From Leucoraja ocellata (lineage: Eukaryota), in the NCBI GenBank assembly GCA_036785375.1, contig JAWMAR010001726.1:1-64000 (forward strand): a stretch of DNA of 64,000 bases, in the 5' to 3' direction. A model generated the notes under the pieces. It ran no database searches, was not told where the DNA came from, and saw only the letters and a list, made by a program, of their open reading frames with translations. Positions within the stretch are counted from its first letter, which is position 1, and each line of letters opens with the position of its first letter. This document shows positions 37,127-48,699 of this stretch, piece by piece. A program made the translations under genes and the position numbers.

Positions 37127-40100
37127 ATCTATCATATCATCATATCATATCATATACATTAAAAGTCTTATCTTGTACATGTCTATATGTGTATATGTAT
37201 GTGTATATGTGTGCGTATATGTGGTTGTCTTTACATCTTCACAAAAACACTATGCGGTAACAATTACATTTTTACATATTCTGATTGACATTTTCTCCCT
37301 CGAGGCCGAGAACACCTTCACTGAACATTTTATGCTTTATTTCTCGACATTACATTAAAAGTAAGTAAGGTTTAAAAACATCAAAAGACTTTGCATTTAA
37401 AATGACCAGCTTTCACTGATGACGTCAAAATGGCTTGGCTATCAGTGATCAGCTTCACTGAAGATTTCATCCTATATATTCACGTTATTCGCAATTAAAG
37501 CTTGAAAAATGCCAACTTTCATAAGATTTTTAGTGTTAAAATCAGACCTGCCAGCTTCCAACACATTTCGATCCAATTTTGCGACACAGGAGCACTGAAC
37601 ATTTCACCTCACAGGAGGGGGAGGGTGAATTGCCATTGCAACACGCAGGGCAAGTGCAATTGGGAGCTACAGGTGGGGAACAGGTGCATTGAGGGAGCAG
37701 AACCGACGGGCCTGCACTTGGTCTAGTATATAGTAAAACTCTCATCTTGTTTGTGTGTATATTGTGTATTTTTAGATTTTCGCAAAAACACTATGCGGTA
37801 ATGATAACATTTTTACATATTATGATTCACATTTTTCCCCTCTAAGTAGTGACCAACTTCACTGAAGATTTTAGGTTTTATTTCTCAACTTATTGCTGAT
37901 TAAAGCTTACAGATATAGAAACACTTCCTTTTAAAACCAGCTTTCACTGATGAAGTCACCATGAAGTTTGCTCGACTCGGAGCCTGTTTCACGCACACAA
38001 TTACTGCATGAGCTTCGAGTGATGTCACCCCCGCAACAGCTCCCCCCGCCCCCCCCCCCCCCCCCCTCCCGCCCTCCCGCCCAAGCTATTCATGCTCCCC
38101 CCCGAGATATTCACATTCCTCTCACCCGGGTTATTCGCACCTTCAACCCCCACTGCCATGACACCCTAGCTGGGGTTTTATGCGGCCATCAAGGAGACAA
38201 GGAGATCGCAGCGGTGAGGCCTGTCAGTTGGCCTGGTGGGAGTTGAGCTAGGGTTGCCACTTCGTTTGCCTGGTGCCTGGTGGAGAAGTTGCTGCCGTGG
38301 GCCAAGCCTGGCAACTGGGCCTGGGCTGGAGCCGATCCTGGAGCTGGAGTGAGGGCCGTGGCTTGGGATGGGGCCTTGACCGGTGCCGAAAAAGAAGCTG
38401 CCGGTGGAACCAAGGACAAGCCGGGTTCAGGGACGAGTCCGGAGATGAAATCGGGGCCTGGACTGGAGACCATCCAGTGGCCGAGCTGACAGCTGCAGTC
38501 TACAGCCTGGACCGGGCTGAGTATGAGAATCAGGCCGAGTTCCAGGCCCTGTTGCTGTCTACGACCTGGTTAGGTACACCCTCCCCCTCCCTCTCTACCC
38601 CCTCCCCCTTTAACCCCTTCCCCTCTACTACCTCCCCTCTCACTATAGTCCCGCCCCCTCCCTCTCAACCCCTCCCCTCCCTCTCCACACCCCATCCCTC
38701 TCTACCTCCTCCTCCTCCCTCTCTATGCTCTCCCTCTCCTCTCCCTCCTCCACTCCAACCAATCTACCCCCATCCCCTCTCTACCCCCTTCCCCTCCCTC
38801 TCTACCCCCATCTCTCCCAACCCCTTCCCCCTCCCTCTCTACCCTCTCCCTCTCCTTCCCCTCCCCTCCAAATCTACCCCCCTCCCTTTCTCTACTCCCC
38901 TCCCTCTGAAGATTTCATCCTATATTGCACGTTATTCACGATTAAAGCTTAAAAAATGCCAAATTTAACAAGATTATTACAATTAAAATCTTTCCTCCCA
39001 GCTTCCAACACACTTCGATACAAAGTTGCAAGACAGAAACACTGAACTTTTCACTTCAATGGGATATTTCAACAGAAGGGGGAGGCCAAATTGGTATTGC
39101 AATTGGAACTGCTGCGGCAGGGAGGGGAAGTGCAATTGGAATTGCACTCCCCTCCACTGATGAGCGAGGCAGGGGAGTGCAGGAATCATACATTTGGGAA
39201 CGGCTTCAGTTGCGTTGAGGGAATGGGTGAGTAGTGGAATATTGCATTGGGGGACCACACCATTGGGGGAGCAGATCCAATGGGTCTGCACTTGGTATAT
39301 TACTAAAACTCTCATCTTGTTTGTTTGCGTGTGGGTTTTGTCCCCAAAACTACGCCAAAAAGGTACATGATACAATTTTTGTGCCAACTTACTCACCATT
39401 GTCATGTGATGTAAATGAAAGAAGTTTTGTTCAGATTGATTGTATATTTTGCAAGTTATTGACTTTTAAACCTTAAAAGTACTTAAAACAGCGCCCAACA
39501 TGCCGGTTGCACCTGTGCAGTTGGGGGAGGCCAATCAGCCCTGCTCTCTGCTGTGGGTCAGAGGGCGGGGAGAGGCCATGGTGGGGACCCAGGGCATGGC
39601 CGCTGGGGCTGGGTCTGGTGGCGGCGGCACTGCTGCTCTGGGCCCGTGGGGAGGGAGAAAATCGGGACCCAGGCAAGGACGAGGCTGCAGCCTCAGTCTC
39701 TCTCTCCCTGGCTCCAGTCTCGGCTTTCCTCCCTCAGCAGCCCCTGCCTCAAGTACAACTTCATCACCAACATGGTGGAGAAAACAGGGCCGGCGGTTTT
39801 TTACATCGAGATCCTGGGGAGGTGAGTAAACTGGGGGGATTGAATGAGAGGAGGGGGTAGGGAGGGAGAGGGAGGGGAAAGTGGGGGAGGTGAGGATATA
39901 TTATGGCGGAGGAGGGAGGTTAGAGGGAGTGGCGGGGGGAGTGGAGCAGTGGGGGAGGTGAGGAGGGAGAGTGGGGTGTTGGATAGTGGAGTTAAGGATG
40001 GAGGGAGGGAAGGTGTGACTGAGGGTAGGGGAAAGGAGAGGGAGGTAGAGGTGAAGGGGAGAGTGGCAGAGGGGATGAGGAGCGAGAAAAGAAGAGGGTG

Positions 40101-40437
40101 AAGAGGAGAGAGTTCTAGGGGGTGAGGGGGAATGGAGGAGGATAGGGGTAGGAAGAGGGATAGGGACAGAATGGAGGAGGGGAGGGGGAAGAGAGAGGGC
40201 AGGGAAGAGGTGGGGGGGAGGAGGGTTGGTGGAGGCTGGGGAGAGGGAGGATAATGGAGGAGGGGAATAGCAGACTGAAGAGGGAGTGTGAGATGCATTC
40301 ACATTTATCTTATTTTTCACATTATTGCCATTATAAAATTTTAAAACATCAGCTGCGCCTGCTCAGTTAGGGGCTATAAGTGAGTGGTGGGATATTGCTT
40401 TGGGGGAATGGGGCCCAACGTGTCCCACTGTGTCTAG
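37127..40437 (+). mobile_element. Three head-to-tail non-autonomous Helitron-like units (37127-37726, 37727-39296, 39297-40437)
   Basis: Each starts with an AT-rich ...taaaactctcatcttg-like head and ends in a GC hairpin (e.g. GCAGATCCA-A-TGGGTCTGC) plus acttggtCTAG (CTAG lost in unit 2). No TIRs or TSDs. Confidence 0.75.
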
Positions 40438-40792
40438 TATCTATATAATTAAACTCAAATCTTGACCACTTCCTGTTTGAAGTGCATATTGATTTTAGAA
40501 AAAACACTACCACATACGGCTGTGATTTTTGGCCATCTTACTCAGTCCCACTCCGCTGTGCAGGACAAGATGATTTTTCCCATCGATTAAAAATAAAAGA
40601 CATTAATGTTTTTTAAATGTTGAGATTCTATCTCCTTTCAATCATGCCATGAAGGCCACGCCCCTTCTGATGGGAGGGGGAGGGACTATAAAACCTGAAA
40701 GTGTATGTGGCGCACCTAAGACGGTGTGACCACCTCGATTTAATTTAATTGAGACTGCCTCAATCTCTGCAAGATGGGGGTGCGAGAGATCA

Positions 40793-42607
40793 CCTTGAGA
40801 GATCAAATGTAGGTCCCTTGCAGTCAGAAACGGGTGAATTGATCATGGGGAACAAGGACATGGCAGACCAATTGAATAACTACTTTGGTTCTGTCTTCAC
40901 TAAGGAAGACATAAATAATCTGCTGGAAATAGCAGGGGACCGGGGGTCAAATGAGATGGAGGAACTGTGAAATCCAGGTTAGCCGGGAAGTGGTGTTAGG
41001 TAAATTGAATGGATTAAAGGCCGATAAATCCCCAGGGCCAGATAGGCTGCATCCCAGAGTACTTAAGGAAGTAGCCCCAGAAATAGTGGATGCATTAGTG
41101 ATAATTTTTCAAAACTCTTTAGATTCTGGAGTAGTTCCTGAGGATTGGGGGGCAGGTAATGTAACCCCACTTTTTAAAAAGGGAGGGAGAGAGAAAATGG
41201 GGAATTACAGACCAGTTAGTCTAACCGGTAGTGGGGAAACTGCTAGAATAGTTATTAAAGATGGGATAGCAGCACATTTGGAAAGTGGTGAATTCATTGG
41301 ACAAAGTCAGCATGGATTTATGAAAGGTAAATCATGTCTGATGAATCTTATAGAATTTTTCGAGGATGTAACTAGTAGAGTGGATAAGGGCGAACCAGTG
41401 GATGTGTTATATCTGGACTTTCAGAAGGCTTTCGACAAGGTCCCACATAAGAGATTAGTATACAAACTTAAAGCACACGGTATTGGGGGTTCAGTATTGA
41501 TGTGGATAGAGAACTGGCTGGCAGACAGTAAGCAAAGAGTAGGAGTAAACGGGTCCTTTTCACAATGGCAGGCAGTGACTAGTGGGGTACCGCAAGGCTC
41601 AGTTATGGGACCCCAGCTATTTACGATAAATATTAATGATTTGGACGAGGGAATTGAATGCAACATCTCCAAGTTTGCGGATGACACAAAGCTGGGGGGC
41701 AGTGTTAGCTGTGAGGAGGATGCTAGGAGGTTGCAAGGTGACTTGGATAGGCTGGGTGAGTGGGCAAATGCATGGCAGATGCAGTATAATGTGGATAAAT
41801 GTGAGGTTATCCACTTTGGTGGCAAAAACAGGAAAGTAGATTATTATCTGAATGGTGGCCGATTAGGAAAGGGGGAGATGCAACGAGACCTAGGTGTCAT
41901 GGTACACCAGTCATTAAAAGTAGGCATGCAGGTGCAGCAGGCAGTGAAGAAGGTGAATGGTATGTTAGCATTCATAGCAAAAGGATTTGAGTATAGGAGC
42001 AGGGAGGTTCTACCGCAGTTGTACAGGGTCTTGGTGAGACCACACCTGGAGTATTGCATACAGTTTTGGTCTCCTAATCTGAGGAAAGACATTCTTGCCA
42101 TAGATGGAGTACAGAGACGGTTCACCAGACTGATTCCTGGGATGTCAGGGCTTTAGTATGAAGAAAGACTGGATAGACTCGGTTTGTACTTGCTAGAATT
42201 TAGAAGATTGAGGGGGGATCTTATAGAAACTTACAAAATTCTTAAGGGGTTGGACAGGCTAGATGCAGGAAGATTGTTCCCGTTGTTGGGGAAGTCCAGA
42301 ACAAGTGGTCACAGTTTAAGGATAAAGGGGAAATTTTTTAGGACCGAGATGAGGAAAACTTTTTTCACACAGAGAGTGGTGAATCTCTGGAATACTCTCC
42401 CGCAGAACGTCGTTGAGGCCAGTTCATTGGCTATATTTAAGAGGGAGTTAGATGTGGCCCTTGTGGCTAAAGGGATCAGGGGGTATGGAGAGAAGGCAGG
42501 TACAAGATACTGAATTGGATGATCAGCCATGATCATATTGAATGGCGGTGCAGGCTCGAAGGGCCGAATGGCCTACTCCTGCACCTATTTTCTATGTTTC
42601 TATGTTT
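40793..42607 (+). mobile_element. Young CR1 LINE, 1.8 kb, near-intact RT domain
   Basis: ORF 40951-42156: KSPGPD...NYRPVSLT...QHGF...YLDFQKAFDKVPH...GVPQGSV...SKFADDTKLGG. Premature stop at 42154, C-terminus 42184-42513, (TTCTATGT)n tail. Confidence 0.97.
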
Positions 42608-42711
42608 ATATCATGACTCTCAGTCAGAGCTGTGAATAACACTGAACACATGCCTACTAATTGTGATTGGTTTTACTGACCTGTGAGTGCCCTTAATGTA
42701 GTTTGAACAAG

Positions 42712-42968
42712 AAAAGCAAATGTGGTGGTGATTTGTTGGTGTGAAAAAGCAAAGCAGATGTGGTGGGGGTTGGTTGGTTGGTTCGAAACAGCAAAGCAAA
42801 TGTGGTGGTGGTTGATAGGTTTGAAAAAGCAAAGCAAATGTGTTGGTGGTGGTTGGTTTGAAAAAGCAAAGCAAATATGGTGGTGGTGGTGGTTGTTTTG
42901 AAAAAGCAAAGCAAATGTAGCAGTGGTGGTTGGTTGAAAAAGTTAAGCAAATGTGATGGTGGTTGGTT
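42712..42968. repeat. ~40-bp minisatellite (aaaagcaaagcaaatgtggtggtggttggtttg)
   Basis: About six imperfect tandem copies. Confidence 0.85.
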
Positions 42969-43254
42969 TAATCACAACTCTCTGTCTGAGCTGTGAACCA
43001 ACTGAACACACTGAATGTCTACTGAATAATCTACTGAATACTATTTTCTATGTTTCTATTTGATAGGGGACGACCAGCCATGATCACAATGAATGGTGGT
43101 GCTGGCTTGAATGGCCAAATAGCCTCCTCCTGCACCTATTTTCTATGTTTCTATGTTTTCTAAGTATGAGTGCGGTTTTTAAGTGCTTTTTATTTGGTTT
43201 TTATGTGGTGGTTTGTGGTGTTTTGTGGTGTTTTATGTGGTTTTGTGGTGGTTT

Positions 43255-43625
43255 CACCCTACTTGAAACGGTATGAAACTGCATTTGAATTTGATGGCCT
43301 TGCAACCTGCTTGAAATGGCATGAAACTGCATTTGAATTTGGTGGCCTTGCACCCTGCTTGAAATGGCATGAAAATGCACTTGAATTTGGTGGCCTTGCA
43401 CCCTCCTCGAAATGGCATGAAACTGCATTTGAATTTGGTGGCCTTGCACCCTGCTTGAAGTGGTAGGTACTGCACTTGAATTAGGTGGCCTTGCAACCTG
43501 CTTGAAGTGGTATGAAACTGCACTTGAAATTGGTGGTCTTGCACCTGCTTGAAGAGGTAGGATACTGCACATGAATTAGATGGCCTTGCACCATGCTCGA
43601 AGTGGTATGAAACTGCACTTGAAAT
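43255..43625 (+). repeat. 47-bp minisatellite (ggtggccttgcaccctgcttgaaatggcatgaaactgcatttgaattt)
   Basis: About eight tandem copies; an inverted array lies at 44296-44620. Confidence 0.95.
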
Positions 43626-43628
43626 TGA

Positions 43629-43806
43629 CATTCCAAAGATGTGCGGGTTCGTAGGTTAATTGGCCACTGAAAATTGCCCCGGGTGTGTGACAAGTGGACG
43701 AGAACGTGAGATAATGTAGAACAAGTGCAACCGGGTGATCAGCGTGGACTTGTTGTGCCAAAGGGCCTGTTTCCGTGCTGTGTCCCTAAATCAAACTAAT
43801 CTAACT
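43629..43806 (+). mobile_element. V-SINE 3' half
   Basis: cattccaaagatgtgcgggtt...gggcctgtttccgtgctgt...ctaaa tail. Confidence 0.8.
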
Positions 43807-43824
43807 AGGTAAATGCAAGTCAAT

Positions 43825-44295
43825 TGCCAACAGGTGCAGGAGTAGGTCATTCACCCCCTCAAGCCAGCACTGCCATCATGGCTGATCATCCACAAATCCC
43901 ATTCCTGCTTTCTCCCCATATCCCTTGACTCACTGTCTTTAAGAGCTCTGTCCAGCTCTCTCTTAAAAGCATCCAGAGAACCAGCCTCCACTGCCCTCTG
44001 AGGCAGAGAATTCCACACTCACAGCTCTCTGTGTGAAAACGTTTTTCCTCATCTCCATTCTAAATGGCTTACGCCTTATTCTTAAACTGTGTCCCCTGGT
44101 TTTGGACTCCCCCAACATTGGGAACATGTTTCCTGCCTCTAGCATGTCCAAACCCTTAATAATCTTACATGGTTCAATAAGATCCCCTCTAAATATTCTA
44201 AATTCTAGATTATACAAGCCCATCCGCTCCATTCCATTAACATATGACAGTCCTGCCTTCCCAGAAATTAATCTGGTGAACCTACTCTGCACACC
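43825..44295 (-). mobile_element. CR1 3' fragment
   Basis: GVQSRFTRLI...RGDLIE...RGHSLRIR on minus. Confidence 0.88.
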
Positions 44296-44762
44296 CCCAA
44301 GTTTCATACCATTTCAAGCAGGGTGCAAGGCCACCAAATTCAATTGAAGTTTTGTACCATTTCAAGCAGGGTGCACGGCCTCCAAATTCAAATGCAGTTT
44401 CATACCATTTCAAGCAGGGTGCAAGGCCACCAAATTCAAGTGCAGTTTCCTACCAATTCAAGCAGGGTGCAAGGCCACCAAATTCAAGTGCAGTTTCATG
44501 CCATTTCAAGCAGGTAGCAAGGCCACCGAATTCAAGTGAAGTTTCATACCATTTCAAGCAGGGTGCAAGGCCACCAAATTCGTGCAGTTTCATATCATTT
44601 CAAGCAGTGTGCAAGGCCTCCCCTCCCATCGGAAGGGTCGTGCCCTTCATGGCATAATTGACAGGAGAGAGATTCTGAACATTTTTAAAACACTGATAAC
44701 ACTTTTATTTTTAATTGATGGGAAGAATCCTCTGCACCTGATGAGCCAAGGGGGACTGAGTG
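44296..44762 (-). mobile_element. Inverted copy of the 40438 Helitron-like family with a 47-bp array
   Basis: 44620-44762 is the reverse complement of 40540-40680; 44296-44620 is the reverse-complement 47-bp array. Confidence 0.75.
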
Positions 44763-44829
44763 TTTACAAATACACAAGACCAGATGTTAAAAGTCCAAAG
44801 TGCCAGATATCAATTTACTCTCGATGGTG

Positions 44830-45800
44830 ATGGGAGCCTTCTGCACTCACCTATGCTCCTCCAATGTTTAGAAAGGCTGGGCAGACACGTCATTGGGGTT
44901 ATCAAGTGGGCACCTACTTTCATCGATGTTTCGCTGATTGAACCCACAATGCCTCCAGTAGGCTCAGCGGTGTATTCTGGCGTCCAAGAACCACCCCCCT
45001 CTGCATCTGTCTAGTCGGTTATTTGGGAGACCAAATGGGGTCTTTCCTCTTCAGCCAGAGCCACTGCGTAACTCCACTCTGCCACACGTGATGTTTCTTT
45101 GATGGCCTGGCATAGGGCTTGTCGTCTGATCCCCAGGTCCTTCATCAGTCTTAAGGTAGATGTTCCCACGAATCCTCGACATCCAATTTCTACCGGGCAG
45201 ATCTTAGCTCTCCAACCCCGCTGTTCTGCCTCTGCTGCAAGCTCTGTATATCGCAGTTTCTTTCTTTCGAAGGCTTCCTGCACAGCATCCTCCCAAGGGA
45301 CTGTGAGCTCCATAAAATACACCATGTGCTGAGAGTTCGACCAGAGCACAAGATCAGGCCTCATGTTGGTGGTGGCTATCTCTGATGGAGATGTAAGCCT
45401 TTGGTCTCACTATCAGATGCCTTCCTCCACTGCTTCTTGAGCTGCCTTCTCTCCCGTATTAAGCATTCCATCTCCTTTTGCTGTCTGGACTTGCTTTCCA
45501 AAGCTGGTGTCATTTCCTTTTTGTCCCTTATTCTATATCGGTCTGCTCTACAGCCATAGATGATGTCCCCCATCTTATCAAGCTTTCTTTCAACTGTACC
45601 CCTTACTGTAAGATATGGGTCAAGTCTACATTTATGGTCTCCCATTCTTTCCTCTCTGAGGCTCCAGGCCATTTGACGCAAGGTTTTCTTCTGCTGATCT
45701 TTTTCTCCATTGCTGGTTTTCTTGGCTGGATGGGCTCCATATCTTCCTCTGCCTGCGTAACTGTGCTGGTGCCCTGCGAACGTTGGTGAGACTGCAGTCG
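44830..45800 (-). mobile_element. Internally deleted HERO/R2-like non-LTR retrotransposon (RLE endonuclease)
   Basis: RPDLVLWS...FMELTVPWED...AFERKKLRY...CPVEIGCRGF is a PD-(D/E)xK RLE domain. The upstream VKWP...RERRQLKKQWRKA region is fused directly to it with no RT. Confidence 0.85.
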
Positions 45801-45806
45801 CTGGAC

Positions 45807-46100
45807 TTCTCCGGATGGCATTAACATTGAATTCTACCAATTTTGCTAGCCCTTGCTGTCTCCTCCCCTTCCTTAAACCTCTAGCTGTCTCCTCACACCC
45901 TCCCATCCGCCCGCCCTCGGGCTCCTCCTCCTCCCATTTTCCTTCCTTCTCCCCCCCACCCCCCATCAGTCTGAAGAAGGGTTTCGGCCCGAAACGTCGC
46001 CTATTTCCTTCGCTCCATAGATGCTGTTGCACCCGCTGAGTTTCTCCAGCAATTTTGTGTACCTTTGATCTTCCAGCATCTGCAGTTCCTTCTTGAACAC
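45807..46100 (+). mobile_element. Penelope 3' end: GIY-YIG C-terminus plus pLTR with hammerhead-like motif
   Basis: PDGINIEFYQFC* followed by CTGAAGA-A-GGGT-TTCG-GCCC-GAAACGTC at 45971-45998. Confidence 0.85.
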
Positions 46101-46233
46101 AAGATATTCATCCAACCTTCCTCTCTGACTCGCCCACTCTAATCTCCGTCAAACTCCAGCATATCGCTTTTAAACGTTAGAAATGTGGATGGATAGGAGC
46201 CCTCTTTGTCTCTCTCTCTCTCTCTCCACATCA

Positions 46234-46775
46234 CTTTTTTTTTCTCTTTCCAATGACTTTATTCAACAATTGCATATTACAGTGTACCAAAAGTCCATAA
46301 ATGTTCAATGGTCACAATACATCAAGCAGTCATTATAATACAATGGTCCAGTTTTATTTACAATGCTCTCGACCCCTCGCGGTGACCAGCGTTCACGGCA
46401 AGCATCCAGCATCCCCATTGACACTGCGTATTTAGTCCCCAGGGACACGCGAGCATGGACATAGGCCCGGAAGAGGTGTAGGCAGCCGACTCTGGTGTGA
46501 CTTACTGCCTGGACCCGCGAATGAACATCTTGGCCAGGCCCAGGAGCAAACCGACAGGGAGATCCCTCCTTCCTGACCAGCCCTCTCCACTCCCTGCTCC
46601 ATACCCAAACACCAGGATTATGGGACTGAAATGCAAACCTTGATAAGCAGCCCCTTGATATATCCGTATAGGGGCAGCAACCTTACACCCGCCATATACA
46701 CGTGGAACACGGTCTCTTCCTCGCCGCAGAAGTTACAAGTGGCCGGCGAGCGCGTGAACGAAAATTTCAATTTTT
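46234..46775 (-). mobile_element. L1/Tx1-clade LINE 3' fragment
   Basis: CNFCGEEETVFHVY...RLLPL zinc-knuckle motif, LLLGLAK, then AATAAA and an A-rich tail on minus. Confidence 0.8.
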
Positions 46776-46947
46776 GCAGACAGCGGATGTGGGCCAGAAA
46801 CTGTTCTTCTTTGCTCTTTAAAAAAATGATACAATTCATCTCATTCTTTCAACGCCAGTCTTCACAAGTGTGATTTAAAAATCTCTGGAAGGTTTTTCAG
46901 GTTTATAATACTGATTTATTTTAAGGTGTAGCACTTTTGTTCAGCTG

Positions 46948-47068
46948 AGCACAAAGTGCTGGAGAAACTCAGTAGCTCAGGAAGCATCTATGGAGGAAAC
47001 GAGCAGACAGCATTTCGGGTTGGGACCCTTCGTCAGACTGATGCATCTGCAGTTTTGTGTGTCCCCAG
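46948..47068 (-). mobile_element. Penelope-like pLTR micro-insertion
   Basis: Minus strand CTGACGAAGGGTCCCAACCCGAAATGCT; flanked by similar ttttgttca copies. Confidence 0.75.
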
Positions 47069-47677
47069 TTTTGTTCATCTCTTGTGCCTGAGTTCATGGG
47101 ACTGCTAGTTAAGATTAGTGCATAATCTAGCAGGTTTATGCACGAAAGCGGAGAAACTGTAAGAGACCACATACCACAACGTGACGAGCATCCACTATTC
47201 ATATCACAATCTGACACACATGTATCTGAACCCCTGCTTCACAACAGATGTTATTACAGAACTCAGTCATTTGTTGCAGCGCAAACCAGATCTTTAAACC
47301 ACGGCATGTACAATACTTCCTGCAGTTACAATCACCAGAAGCCTCAAATTTCTAACCTACTTCATCATTTCACATTTGAACACCATGTTACACATAATTG
47401 CATCGTTTTTAAAGCTCTTTTTCCCCAGGAGGAGCCAAGTCAGCATTTCCTCCCATATTACGTTCTTCAGGGAAAAGAGCTCCTTGATAGCAGGTTTAGT
47501 TAAATTATCAAGACTAACTGATTGAATATGCATCATAGCATGTGCCTTATATAAAGAACCTAGGGGTCCTACATTGTGCGAAGATATTCAAAAACAGCTC
47601 ACGATTCTGCAATTGTCATGAAAGCCTTGTATTTTAGCCCCTTTCCATTTAGAGATAATGTCAAAGACATATACAGT

Positions 47678-48693
47678 AGCAATGTTACAAAATTTTGAGA
47701 TTTAAAAAATCAAGTCTGCAATTTATCCCATCAGATAACACTAAGTTTAATTTGACACCTAATTCACTTTCATAACTCAAGTAATAAAAAAGTTATGGCC
47801 ATTTTCATACCCGGAAATTAGCATCTTGTTCCCTATTGATTTTCTATGGAATAACAAAAAAGCTGTGATCGAGGACAGTCAAAAGCCCATAACCTTCTTA
47901 AAAATTAAGAGAACTGAATGAAATTTTCAGTTATCATAGATTGAACCATTCTGAAACAAATATAAAATAATCTTACTTGGAGGACCTGAAATTAAAGCAT
48001 ATAATTAGTTAATTACCCAATTGTAGCTAATTTCAAACTTCAATTACTAGATCTAAACATCTATCCATTTCTTAATAAATGATTAACATTTTTAAATAGC
48101 CTTTCCAAATAATATTCACAAATAATTCACAATAAAACATGATTTTTAAATCTCATTTACATCAATTTATAGGCCAAATGGAAGGAATTTAGTGTTCAGT
48201 TGCTGTAAATTCAAGTCAATTTAAATCGGCTTTCTTGTGGGTTCCTGTGAACGCGCTGGTTTAGAACGTTCACATTGCAGTGGATTAGTGCCCTCAAAAA
48301 TACTGCGGGATATAAAGAGCCCAAAATGAACTATTCGCTATAGAAAACTTTATATACAGGGTTCTTAAGAAGCCCCTTTTAATGTAAAAATAAGATACAT
48401 ACCTTTAATTGTTTGCTTTATAAAACCCTGGGGCTGCGAGAGGTCGCGGTTTGAGAGAGTGGTTTTTAAACTACTATAACTATTATACAAGGCCATAAAA
48501 ACTAATAATACCTTTTGCGACGGGGTCTTTCAGCGATTTTCCGTTAATGATTTACTAGGCTGAACATTTTCAATTGCAACAGCCTAGTAAAAATCGCGTT
48601 TTAAACCCGCCCCCTCTAAACAGCGCCAAAATCGCGCACACGGCCTGGGGGCAGATTCTCATCGACGATTCAGGTAGGTTTTGTAACATACCT
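47678..48693. mobile_element. Non-autonomous TIR DNA transposon, 9-bp TSD (Mutator-like)
   Basis: Ends AGCAATGTTACAAAA / TTTTGTAACATACCT; perfect TSD ATATACAGT (47669-47677 / 48694-48702). Confidence 0.8.
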
Positions 48694-48699
48694 ATATAC

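Larger units (their letters stand above)
40438..43625 (+). mobile_element. Fourth Helitron-like element with minisatellites, interrupted by CR1
   Basis: Starts a|TCtatataattaaactcaaatcttg directly after the CTAG of unit 3; host sequence gagatca|...|tgactctcagtc resumes after the CR1. Confidence 0.6.

Noticed and set aside
38273-38968. 231-aa Pro-rich ORF
   Set aside because: Mostly translation of a low-complexity C-rich tract inside a Helitron-like unit. Only the short central block is kept as possible cargo.
40951-42156. 401-aa ORF as a host gene or domesticated RT
   Set aside because: Ordinary 5'-truncated CR1 ORF2 with a premature stop and a standard CR1 tail.
43170-43761. Repetitive ORFs (WHETAFEFGGLAPCLK)n, or a CRISPR-like array
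   Set aside because: A 47-bp tandem minisatellite with no unique spacers; the unit length is not a multiple of 3; eukaryotic context with no cas genes.
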